Assembly: GCA_013239625.1 (NCBI GenBank)
Contig: MU053934.1
Location: forward strand, 6,900,399-6,964,398
From: Lama guanicoe
Taxonomy: Eukaryota
Direction of reading: 5' to 3'
DNA: 64,000 nucleotides
Part shown: positions 24,140-36,700 of the stretch, in pieces
How positions within the stretch are numbered: position 1 is the first letter of the stretch
How the letters are laid out: the number at the start of each line of letters is the position of its first letter
Translations under genes and position numbers: made by a program
The notes under the pieces: generated by a model
What the model was told of the DNA's origin: nothing
What the model saw: only the letters and a program-made list of their open reading frames with translations
The model's database searches: none

Positions 24140-24780
24140 GTACCGCCGCCCACGTGTCACCGTCCCCTGTGTAGCCCGGGATTTGGGAGGTCCTTTGGCC
24201 ACAGCCGCCGGACGTTCTGCTCACAGCCTGCGCCGGGAGGGTACTGGGGTTTCCTAGTGCAAGTCTCCAGAGCGGAAGGTCCCTTCCGGCCAGAACTGAG
24301 GACCGGATTCCACTGCGGCTGAGACCCAGCCGGCTGCCAGGAAGACTTCGGCGGCGCGCGGAGAGGCAGGGGGCGGGGCCGGGGCGGGGCCGGCGGGCGA
24401 GGGGCGGGACCTGGAGAGATGGGGTAAGGACCTGGAGAGATTAACCGGAGTGACAACCGCTGGGAGACTGCTGGAGGCAGCGATGGGTGAAGATTCCTGG
24501 TCCCGGGCCCCTTAGACCTAGTGGGATGGGGAGGCCTCGCGTGCGCTTCCACCCGCCCAGCTCCCTACTTGGGAGCGCGGAGGGGATGTGGGGGGGATGC
24601 GCCGCTCTCCTGGCTGTAGCAAGTCCTTCAGCAGCCTGGGGAGCATGCCGAGCCTCACTGGCCGGCCGGAGGGTGCGGTCTCCGGGAACATGCTGCATGT
24701 GGCCTCGCAGGATTCCGGGAGCCCCGGAAGTTAGAGAAGCAAGCTCCGGGAGTTTGGGGGCACGCAGGTCTCAGGCCCAG
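24140..24780 (+). promoter_or_regulatory. SERHL2: SERHL2 CpG-island promoter
   Basis: CpG-rich, clustered GGGGCGGGGC boxes at 24369-24409, ETS-like CGGAAG/CTTCCG at about 24273-24289, directly upstream of exon 1. Confidence 0.8.
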
Positions 24781-27700
24781 TGGGAGGGCCTGCAGGGTGG
24801 AAAGTTTAGCACTGAGCGGTGGAGGAAGCAGCCCTGACCCGAGCAGGACAGGGACAAGTAGTGCCAGGCGGTCAGGGCCACGGCCTGAGGCCTGAATCCT
24901 CGCTTTGCCTGTTCTCCCTGTGTGACCTTGGGCACGGACTGCACCTCCCTGTGCCTCAGCGTCTGGGTTTGCGGAGGGAGGGCGATAGTGATCCATTTTA
25001 CTGAGGGTGTGGGGTGACGGACCACCCCATCTGGCCCTCAGTGAAGGCTTAGACGATGTTGGCCATTGTTGTTACTCTGTTTACGGCAGTTTTACGGAAA
25101 AGGAAACTGAGGCTGAGAACTTGTTTTACTAACTTGCTCAAGGTCACACAGCCAGCAAGTGGTAGAGCCCAGGCCCAGCCAACCCCCAACCTATTCTAGA
25201 AAATTCTGCCACAAAGCCTTCTCAAGGTTTTCCTCACCCAGTGGACCAATTTACCTTTCTCTCCAAATATCCCCACACCCACATCTGGCTCTCTCCCCAT
25301 AACCCCCTGGGGGCAGCACGGGAATCTGAGCCCCCTGGGTACTGCTGATGCCCTGGACACATTGGGGCACAGAGGAGGGGCTCAGGAAGTGCCGGCTTCG
25401 ACTTGGTGAATGGTCACTTTTTATTTCAGATCTGTTCTCAGAGATGAAGCTAGCCATGCCTTGGGGCCATATCTCCGCCAAAGCCTGGGGCTCCCAGCAG
25501 GGCCTCCCAGTTCTCTGCCTGCACGGCTGGCTGGACAATGCCAACTCCTTTGACAGACTCATCCCTCATCTTTCGAAAGGTGAGCCCGGGGCTGAAGGGA
25601 AGCCAAGGGGTGAGGCAGCGGGACTGCAGGAGAATGAGGAGGGGGAGACGGCTGACCTAGACGCCTTCCTCTACCCTTTACCTCTGTCTCAGACTTTCAT
25701 TATGTTGCCATGGATTTCGGGGGTCATGGGCTCTCGTCCCATTACAGCCCAGGTCTCCCATATTACCACCAAAACTTTGTGAATGAGGTCCGAAGGGTGG
25801 TGGCAGGTGAGTAAGAGATGGAGTGCGTATGTTTTTGTGTATGTATGTGCAAGCGCATGCTAGGGGCCAGGGGTAGGGTGCCCTGGGATGTCCCCTCATC
25901 CTTGGAGTGGGGTGTGGTGGCCAGGAGGCAATGCTGGCTTGGGAGTGACTTGGGGTCTGGCCCCAGTTTTGCCAGCAATTCTTAGGTGACTTTGGGAAAG
26001 CTGGAGAAAGCTGCCAAGAAGAGCTCGCTTCCTCCTGTGGGTTCTATCGGGGCAGTGGAGCTGGGCCCCCACTAAGCTGGTGTCCTGAGTGGGGCATCCC
26101 AGAGGCTGGGGAGGGATTTCCAGAGCACAGGGATTGCAGGATGGAGGGCAGAGGGAGTCTGGGCCCATCAAGACCTGGCTCCCTGTGCTTTCAGCCCTGA
26201 AATGGAGCCGTTTTTCCCTCATAGGCCACAGTTTTGGTGAGTACACTTTGTCCAGGACCAAACTGGTCCCAGGTGGTGGGGCTGCAAGGAAGGGAAAGGA
26301 GTGGGTACACGGTGCCTTTCCCCTGCACCGTAAGGAGAGACGAGGGGGTCCACTAGACACTGACCTTTGGGCCCTTTCGCCTTAGGCCCTCTCCCAATGT
26401 GACAAGGAAAGCATGGCCTTTTGAATGGTCAGGTCTGATCCGGGGGCCACCTGGCCCTAGGGAGGGAGCCTCAAGTGTAATGGTGGGGACAGGAGCCAGG
26501 CCCTGGACTTGGGGGTGGGTCAGCCCCCTGGGAAGGAGTTTTAGTAGGGTTTTGAGAGCTGGGGAATATCGACTGACTATTCTTTTGTCCCCCAGGTGGC
26601 CTTGTGGGTGGAATGGTAAGTAGATTGCTTTGCAGTGACACCACTGGCCACTGCTCCCGGTGGGGTGGGGAGAGCAGGACGAGGAAGGTGAGTTTACCTG
26701 GAAAGAGAAGTGCCTCCTCATAGCAGGAGTTTCAGGCCAGCGTTTTTGGGGGTGGTGCCAGCGTGCTTTGTGGATCCCATGGTAACCATTATTGCAGGGA
26801 GGTTCCTGATGGCGAAGTGTTTCGACATTGCCCATCCCTTCTGTCACAGAGAGTCCTGGAGTCCAGCCATCACACATAAATTGGTGCTGGGTGTGGACTG
26901 TCGGGGGAGGGGAGAGGAAGGTGCCCTAAAGGGATAGGAGATTCTTACCGGCCAGCACCCTCCCCCTAGCCTGAAACACTAGTGTCCCCAGGGAAAAGTC
27001 TGCACCCCATTTCCTTCTTCCTCTTCTAGTCATTCTTCCCTTCTTGTGCCACATCATAGTTTTCCTGTGTCTTCCCTGAGATGGTGGATAAACTTATCTT
27101 GCTGGACGCCACACCATTTTTTCTGGACATTAATGTAAGAAGGGGGTTTCCATGCATGCTGTCACTAGGGGAGACCCAGGTCCCAGGTAGTGGATACCAG
27201 GGAGGCGGGAGGAGGTAGCAGAGGGTAGATAAGGGGGCTCGGGGACCCCCCACAGAGGACAGGGTTATGCTGTTTGTACCCTAGGAGTGGGCAGCAAAGG
27301 GGTGCAGGGACCTTTGTTATCCTTGGAAACCCTGTGTGTGGCCTGGGATCTGCAGAGTGCCCTGGCTTTGATCATGAAGTGGCAGGGATGGGAGAGGGTA
27401 AGAGCAGTGGGCTGAGGAAGCTCTGGGGGCGCACAGTTTGATAGGCACTGCACTTGTTCTCAGACAAGTGCCTTTGAGCTGTGCACGCACTGCACAACTG
27501 CACACAGTAGGCCTGAGTGTGGTCTAGTGTGAGGAGTGCTGACCCCTCCCTCCACCACCACCCATGACAACCACCAGTGCTGTCTCTGCATCTGAGTCCT
27601 GGCTCTGCTGTTTATCTGCTGTGTGACCCTAGGCAGGTCACCTCTCCTCTCTGGGCCTCAGTTTGCTCACCTGTAAATGTAGGAGGTTGGACTGGAGGAC

Positions 27701-30700
27701 TCAAGAAGTGCCTTCCAGCTCTGTCAGCCCATCATTCTGTTCCCAAGGGCTCGGTCTCTCACAGCTTCTTCATCAGTTTCAGTTTTCTTGTCCATAAAAT
27801 GACCACAAATTGCATACAGGCAAGAACCATGGCTATCTCTTTACCACCACGTGCCCAGTCCTGGCACATAGTAAGTGCTCAATAAATGCACACTGTGTGA
27901 ATGGAGAGTCGTGGGTTACTGCGGGGATCTGAGACTGCGGTGGCCACGGTCTCCCTTCTTTATCAGTGTCATCCACTGAGTTCATAGACACAGTGCTCCT
28001 GGGGGCTTCCTCCTGGGGGCTCTGGTGAGTGTTTGGTCCTCCATGTCCTGCGTTCCCTGGAGGATGGGTGGGAGCGTGACTTCACATTGCTGCTCCAGGC
28101 AGTGGGCTGTGGATAGGGCCAGGTCGTTCCCAGAGTGAGCTGGGGTGGAAATGGGTGCACTGGAACCCTGGAACTGTTCCCCCTCTGCCATCTCCTCTCC
28201 ACCATGTGGACTGATAGCGTTAATTAAAACAGATGGCATTGCCAACCCTGGATGGTCCGTGACTTATGGACCCTAATAGTGCACCTTGGCCAAGCGCTGG
28301 GCAGTTGACGGAGATTTCCTTTCCCCTCCGTCATCCATCCTGATCCCACTAGCTGTCTCCGGCCACAGACAGGGCTGGGCTGGGTGTGGCTGAGGCAGAC
28401 AACTTGCTCCGGATCACAGGGCTAGCTAGCAGGGCCCGATCCCTCACTGGGTCAGAATGCATCGTGGGCTAAGAGGGGTGCAGCTGAGGGTGGAGGGTGG
28501 GGCTGGGGGTGGGACTGGGCCCCTTTGCAGCCGGGCGCCCTGCCCACCCAGCAGAACCCACGAATCCTCAGGAAGTAGAGAACTTGCTGACCTACAAGCG
28601 GAGAAACATAGAGCACACGCTGCAGGTGGAGGCCTCCAAGAAGCCCTCAAAAGTGGTCAGCCAGGAGGCGATGCTGCAGGGGTGGGTGCTGGCGGGTGAG
28701 ATGGGTGGGGTCGGAGGCCTGGGGGAGCTGGGGACACTGAGGGGGGAAATCCCCACGGAGGAAGCTTCCGTCTCCTACTTACAAATCCACACCAAGCCTG
28801 TTTTTCTCTGCGCTCCCCGGGCGGCAGGCCTCCTGGGGCTCCTCAGATGCCCCAGCTGGGACTTTACCTTCCTTCATTCTTCCCTCTCTGGAGCCACGCC
28901 CTTCACCCCATCCCTCCACATGCTCTCTGCCCTGCTACACACACACACACACACACACACACACCACTGAAGTGAATATCCCCATCTATACTGGTCCGTG
29001 TCCTTTGAGGGGCGGCGTCCCCTTCCCTGCCCTCCTCTCCTTTCATCTCCTGCCCCAAGGCACCCAGCTTCCTTCTGTCTCCCTCAGGTTCCTGACGAAT
29101 AACAGTCACGTGGGAGAGGAGTGCGGGGCTCTCCTCCTGCAGAGAGGGACCACGCAGGTGGCCACAGGTAAGGGACTCGCTTCCCGAGCCCATTGCTATT
29201 GGCAGTTCTTACTGAGGAGTGATGATCTCTAAGCTTTTTCACTGCTTGCTCTGGACCAGACATACTAAGTGCTTTGCAAAAAGTAGTTCATTTAATGCTC
29301 CCACTGCCCTATACTCATCCTATTTAGAGCAGGAGAAGCAGGCTTAGGTGCCCGGTCAGACGGCAACTGCACATCCCAGAGAGCCACGTCCTATGGGGAC
29401 CTTGATCAGGGGTCTTGGGACTGAATACTGCTCTGCTGATCTTGTGCGGTGGGTGCCCAGTCCGAGACTAGGCTTTGAGGACTCCTACGGGGCTAGTGAC
29501 TTTGAAGAGGTTGTTCAGAAGGGAGAAGTGGAGTTGATGGTACCTTGGCTTCAGGGCAGCATCAGGCCTGTGTTTTCTACACTTTGTTTCATTCAGGAAA
29601 CCCAAGTCTGCTCTGTGCCCATTCCCAAGCGAGGCTGTAGGAGTCTTGGTGGGCAAGAGCAGACGCCCGCCGTATCCTGGTGGCTCAGTACCTGCTGGCA
29701 CAACTCCACGGGGCGGCCATCCACAAGTGCCCTCGCTGGCAATGTCTCCCCCAGGAGTTGCGCAGGGAGGAGGCTCTGCTGCCTCAGGCGTCGTGGGCGA
29801 GCCCCTCCCCAGCACCAGACTCCCTGGTCTTCTTGGATGAGTTCAGCTTATAAGGAGCCAAATGAGGTAAAGATCAAAGACTCAAGTGCCTGTGGGACTG
29901 AGCAAGTTGTGGAATCACTCCACCTGCTGTGGTGAGGCCGCGGGAAGTGATGGAGCCTGGGCACGGAGACGGCGCTCTCAGTGGTTATCATGTGGGAGAC
30001 TCGAGTCCAGCATGGCCAGAATTCCCAGTTGCTCAGGAGAAGTCAGAGGTCTGCTGTGTTTTAACTTCCCCCAGAAATTGCCAGTGCACCGTGAGGTCAG
30101 ATGGAGTATGCCTAAGGAGGTTTTGTGAGTTGCTGTGGGGGACTACCTTAGTTATCGCCTCTGAGCCTTTGCCCCTCCCTGCAGATCTGTCGGGGGGAAG
30201 GGAGGTTGTCTGACGTCTTGGATGTGCTGGCACAGATGGCTGGCCTGAGGGGCCCCGGGCGCAGAAGTGGGCTAATCTGGAGTAAGACACGTCCCTGACC
30301 AGGCTGGGGAAGCCGATCAGGCCAGGCTGGGGTCACGTGAAACAGTGAGCACAGATGCTGAGCCAGTTGTCAAGAGGGTGGGGAGAAGAGGGAGGAGGGT
30401 GGGAAGGGTCCTGGGGCAGTGGGCAGGTGGCTGCGTCTTTGTGTCCCGACCAGCCCTTCTGCAGCAGTGTGGCCCTTTGAGGCCTGGGGTTAACCTAAAA
30501 GGAGACTAAACAGGCTCCCAGACCCAGCCGAGCCGGGGGACAGTGAGGGAGCCGGTGTTCCAGGCTCCTCCTGAGCCCTTTTCCTCAGGCCCCAGACCCC
30601 CTCACAGCCCCCATTCCATTCTGGAGCAGGACACACCTCCATCATCCAGTGACCCCCCCCCAAAATCTGTATCCCTTTCCTAGGGCTTCTGTTAAAAAGT

Positions 30701-33700
30701 CCCACAGACAGGGCAGCTTAAACAGCAGACATTTATTCTCTCCCAGTTTTGAGGCTAGAAGCCCAAGACCAAAGCACTGAGGGACTGTGACAGGCTGCCC
30801 TGCCTCGCCCAGCTTCCGGTGGCCTCAGGCACGCCTTGGCTCATGTGCGGCCCTCTCCCTGCGTTTCACAAAGTGTTGGGTGAGAGCGCACTGACAGAAA
30901 CAGCGGTGAAGGAGTCAGGATGTGGGACCGAGTTTGTACTTTGCTCTTCAAAATAGAAGGGTCTGGGTTGGCCTCGCGGAGAAGGTGACTTCTGAACTCA
31001 GTGACTCAGGTGAGCTTCCAAGAAAGGCTTCGAGGCATGAGCTTCATCCGGCTTGTGGGAGGAACAGGAGCAGTGAGCCAGGGCGAGGAGGGAGGCCAGC
31101 TCTTGTATGACCCACCTCGTATCCGCGTTCCCATCACAGCCCTGGCCCAGGCCTCCTGGGAACAAGCTCGAGGTATTGGCATAAAGGAGGGAGAGTCCAA
31201 CTACGGTTGGGGTTAATGACCAAGGATAGGGGTGGATGAGTGGGTACAGTTCAGTGGTAGAGTGCATGCTTAGCATGCATGAGGTCCTGGGTTCAATCCC
31301 CAGTACCTCCATTTAAAAAAATACATTAAAATTGAAAAATGACCAAGGACAGCCCTCTGTCAGTGTCCAGCCCTTGCAGCCAGCCTACCATGGAGGGTGC
31401 TCAGACCCTTCACAAGCTGGGCTGTTCTGGGTCTGCAAGCATGATTTGTTTTGACTTGTGCAGTTTAAACACAAAAATTTGGCATGAGGGGGATTTTTCA
31501 ATAGGTTGGTTGTATTTAGCATAGAAAGGTTTTATGTAAAAATGGAGATTTCCAGTTTCTTTTGACAAATGGCAACACATTCTGCATTCCCCATGGGCAC
31601 CAGCAGCTGGGCAGAGAGCCGGTGGCCATGTGAGCAGGTGGTGTACCCTCTCTGCCCTGCCTCTGTTGGCATTTGAGTCCATGAACTTGGCAGGTCCCAG
31701 CAGAGGAAGGCTGGTGGTGCACCAGCTTCCCAATAGCTCCGTGTGTTCACCAACACAGAAGCTCCCCAAACTCTCAGGTTCAAGGATGTTTATGGGGACT
31801 CAGTCACGTTCCATGATTGATTATTGACTGAATCTCTAGCTCCTCTGCTCTTCCCGAAGGATCGGGGGCAGGGCTGAAAGTTCTAAGCTTCTAATTACGG
31901 CTTGATCTTTCTGGTGACCAGCCCCCATCCTGAAGCCATCCCAGAGCCCACCAAGGGTCCCCTCATTAGAACAAAAGATGCTCCTATCACCCAGGAAATT
32001 CCAAGGAATTTAGGAGCTCTGTGTCAGGAACCTGGGTTAGTGACCAACTGTTAGGTTAAAAGATGCTCTGAGCACTTTTACCACTTTAGAAGATGACACA
32101 TTTTTACAAGCTCTGGCCAGGAGCCAAGGACCAGGATGAAAAAATATGTTTCACAATATCATAGCCTCAATGTCACAATATTATAGCCTCTAGTTATTGG
32201 CTATGGCAGGAATGGAGGGAGTCTAGGGTTCTGATAATATGTCCTGCATTCAAAACGATTGTCTTATAAAATGTGCGTTTCATGCAACTTTTCCATGTGG
32301 GCGGGACTGAAACCCTTGGAGGGGGCATCACTCACAGGTCGCGGGGGAGCCCCAGGCACTGGTGCAGAGTCCACCCCTCCAGGCTGCGCCCGGCGTCTCC
32401 TCCCCGGGCTGGCCCCAGCCTCATCCCTCCTTGCTTCCTTCCCAGTAAAGCTGAGATGCTGACATCTGCCTCTGTATGGTTGTTAAGGGAATTCAATGAG
32501 ATAAATTGGTGCGAAAGCCCTGTTCCCCTGGCTTTTGGCACTTGGTGACTGTGGGGTTGGAATCTAACTGAGGAAAGTATTGAGCACCAGTCTCTTTCAA
32601 GTCCAGAAATGCCAGGGCCACTTGATATTTGGACTCTTTATTTAAGTGACATCTGTGCTGGCCCACTGGGCTGAGAAACACAGTTCCTGCCCTCACAAAG
32701 ATCGCTGTCACAGCAGCCAGCTGTGGGAACGCCGCAGGAGGTCAGGATGTGTCAGGTGGAAGGAGCCTTGGAAGAGCTGGAGGACTTGGCTGAGGGGAGG
32801 AGCAAGCCTCAGGGCAGAGAAAACAGCATGATGGGGGAACCCCAATACCTTGGGGGTCACCCCCCCACCAGATAACCTCTTTTAAAGTCTTTTCACGTCT
32901 TCTGAGCGGCTGAAGCCCAGGCTGGGAAGAAGGAGGGCAGTGAGCCTGGGGCAGGGGACCCAGGGGTCACCCCCAGTCCTGCACACACAGCGGATCCAGT
33001 CATCTATGCAGGGAGGTCATGGCAGGAGCCAGAGGCAGCCCAGAGGCCTCGGCCTTGGCTTCGTGAGGCTGAGAGGATCTAGTAGTGCGGCAACCAGAGA
33101 GTCTTCCAGTTGCATGGTCCTTCTAAGCATCTGAGTCATAAATGCCTGGCTAAGAACCTCTGTCAACAATTAATCATCTAAATTTATCATCTAAAAGTTC
33201 CATAATCTCTAATTAAAGGGGGAAACTTATTTATGGAAAATAGCTCTCTTAATGTTTCCATAATTGTTTCTTTCTCGGAAAGCCACTTTGTATTCAAACA
33301 TCAGTTTTCCGGCAGGGAGACCTAACGTCCCTCCCCTGATGGACCTCTCACCTTAAACCCTCTCCCCCGTGGGATTGATGGTCTTCCAAAGTGCTGGGCA
33401 GAGATGCCAACCTGGTTATCATTTATTTTTGTTTTTTAATTTACTATTACTTTTTTTGAACAGGTGCTAGTTCACATGGTTTAAAAATTCCATACCCTCC
33501 TGTTTAAGTTTGTTCACGTCGTTCCTGTATTTTCTTAGATAAATACAAACACTTGCAAATGTATGCCTTTACCTCCCTCTTACAACCGGCCTCGCTGCAG
33601 AGCTGGTTCTGCAGCCTCCTTGCTACCTGTACTCACCATAGATCTTGGAGATTAGGTCACATCTTCTTCACGGATGCAGAACGTTCCCTGTATGACTGTC

Positions 33701-36700
33701 ATCACCAATTTAACCAGTTCCCTGCAGAGGACGCTAAATGTTTCCAGTAACAAGCAAGGCCACACTGCATAGTCATGTTCTTGGCTTTGTGGAAGTGTTA
33801 ACAACCTATATAGTTCGTGGACACACACTCAGATTAAAACTACATTGAGATATCATTTCTCCCCTGGCAAGAGGTCCTAGGTTTCAAAGGCATTGCCAGG
33901 TGCCCTCCATGGCTGTCCCTTAGCACTCTAGCCTGTGTTTGTTGGGTGAAAGGCCTATGTGCCCGGCTGTCACTAGGTTGGAATTCTGTCCACTTTATGG
34001 GTGAGAAGTTATATCTCAATGTGGTTTTAATTTGTATTTTCTTTTTACGATAATTTGCATTTCTCGTTTTTTTGTTTGTTTGTTTAGTTGGTTGGTTCTT
34101 TCCTGAGAACTGTACATTCCTGTCCTCTTGTCCATCTGTCTAATGGGTTACTGGTCTTTTCTCAGTTTTTAGGAAATTTTCATTTGTTGGAGAGATTGAA
34201 TTACAAATACTTTTTCCCAGGTTGTCATTTGGTTTTGCTTAGAGTTTTTTTTTTTTTGCTGTTGTTTTTTATTTATTTCCCCTTGCAATGCAGAATTGCT
34301 TTTAGTGTAATTGAATTAGGTCTTTTTTATGGCTTTTGCAGGTTGAGTCATAGTTAAAAGCTCGTGTTTGATTCTGATACTGTTCATTTTTTAGAGTTTT
34401 TTTTTTTTGCTGTTGTTTTTTATTTATTTCCCCTTGCAATGCAGAATTGCTTTTAGTGTAATTGAATTAGGTCTTTTTTATGGCTTTTGCAGGTTGAGTC
34501 ATAGTTAAAAGCTCGTGTTTGATTCTGATACTGTTCAGGGCGGTTGGCATTTAAACATTGGACACATTGGGAATTGATCTAGAGGACAGGGTGAGGTTTG
34601 GATCTACCTTTGTCATTTTCCAGATGGCTCCTCAGTTGTAATTCCACTTTATAAAAGTCTGCCTGTCTGCACCCTCACCGGCATAAGGGGCAGCCGCATC
34701 CCACCCTGGCTACCCGTCTGTCCTGGCTCATCTCTGGGCCTTGTTTCTGTCTTTCTGTGACTCTGGCTGTCTGTCACTTGCCAGCACTGCATGGGGTAGA
34801 TTACTGAGGCCCCACGGTGGGCTTAATGTCTATAGGGCAGTCTCCTTTCCTTGCTCTTTTTCAGTTTTCTTGCTACGTTGTTTTTTCTGATTTATTTTTC
34901 CATATGAACTCTAGAACCAAGTAGTTTAGTTCCCTTCCAAAATCCTGTTGGTGCATATGTGTACATTTAACTAATAATAATATTATTAATAATAGTAATC
35001 ACAGTAGCAGTAATGTGCCCATCACCCAGCCAGACAAGAGAACAGCACCTGTTCCTCTGAGCCCTGGCCACCCCCAATGCCACCCCCTCTCTGACACCCG
35101 AGGAAAACATCTACTCACTCGCTCACCAAGTGCTTTCTGAGCACCTGCCGTGTTGCAGGCTCCATTCTTGTTCTCGGGCCTGGGGACTCAGCTGTGAATA
35201 ACGGACCAAACTCCTTGTCCTCAGGGAAGCGTAAGGCTTCTCGGAAGAAAGAAGCAGCAGAAGGTAGACACTAGAGCTTGTTAGAAAGTGCGGGAGTCAT
35301 GGAGAAAAGTAATCAGAGGGGGCGGAGGGGCTCGGACGAGATGTTTGTGGGTTTAAAGGGGTCATCAAAGAGGCCTGGCTGGGATGGGGGTGTTTGAGCA
35401 AAGACGTGTAGGAAGGAGGGGTCCGCCTTACTTCTCTCGGGCAGCACGTTTGTGGGGTTGACCCCCTACTCTCCACGCTGCTGGCGTTGGGCCGGGTCTG
35501 AGGGTCTGTGCCTCCGACACCCTGTGGCCACTTCCTGAGGGACACTGTCCAGGCAGGAATTGCTGGCTGTCCATCCGCCTGGGTGAGGCCAGGTTGCCCC
35601 CGTTGGAACTGTCAGGTGGAGATGGGACCACCCAGGCCTCCACCCCTCCCACCTTTCTTTTTTGGCTCAATTTCTCTTCAACAAGTGATGATGCGATTCT
35701 TAGCTGTTGGGTACCTCCTGGTGCGTAAAGATCTGAATGAACATTGTAAGGTTCTCAGAGACGAGACTGCAATGCCAGGTGGGTCCTGTTCCCACCACCA
35801 TCATCCTGTACTCCCCTCTGGGGTGGCCCTGGCTGAACCCCAAGAGGACGTTGGGGGTGGTCCCCGCAGGTCCAGGCTGAAGAAATGAGCCCCGGCTGAA
35901 AGGGCCTGGGGTCCCCGGGGAAGCCGAGCTGAGGCCCCGTCTCTGTGCTTCCTTCCAGGTCTGGTGCTGAACAGAGACCGGAGGATCACCAAGGTGAGTA
36001 CCGCCGTCTTCCTGCCCCTTCACAGTTTGCCTGTCAGCCTCTTTCTTTTTCTTCTTTTACTGTAGTAACATAAATATAGCATAATACTTATCACTGTAAA
36101 ACCATTCATAAGTGTGCCTCTTAGTGGCGTTGAATACATTCACGATGTTGTGCAACCATCACCCACCACCCCCAAATTTTTTATCATCCCCAAAATAAAA
36201 CCTCCATACTCACTAGACACCAAGGCACCCTCCCCCAGCCCCTGGCAACCACCATTCTGTTTTCCGTCTCTGTCCACTGACTCCTCTAGGGACCTCATAT
36301 AAGTGGAATCATACAGTATGTGGCTTTTTGTGTCTGGCTTCTTTCACTTAGATAATGTTTTCAAGGCTCATCCACTTGAGAGCGTGTGTCAGAATTTCAT
36401 TCCTTTTATGGCTGAATACTGTGGATGTACCATTCATCCACGGATGGTCACCTGGGTTGTTTCCACCTTCTTGGCTGTTAGGAGTAACGCTGCTGTGAAC
36501 GATGGTGTACTGATATCCATCTGAGTCCCTGCCGGCAGTTCTTTTGGATGTACACATAAGAGTGGGACTTCTGTGTCACGTGTGAGGCCAATGTTTAACC
36601 TTTTAAGAAACCATCAACCTGCTTTCCATAGTGGCTGCACCGCTTAACAATCCCACCAGCAAAGTGTGAGGGTTCCAATTTCTCCACGTCCTCACCAACA

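Noticed and set aside
31241..31311. tRNA-Ala gene (also at about 37790, 47315, 56110 and 61980)
   Set aside because: The copies are diverged, have A/AT-rich tails, and one has a TSD, so they are SINEs and not tRNA genes.
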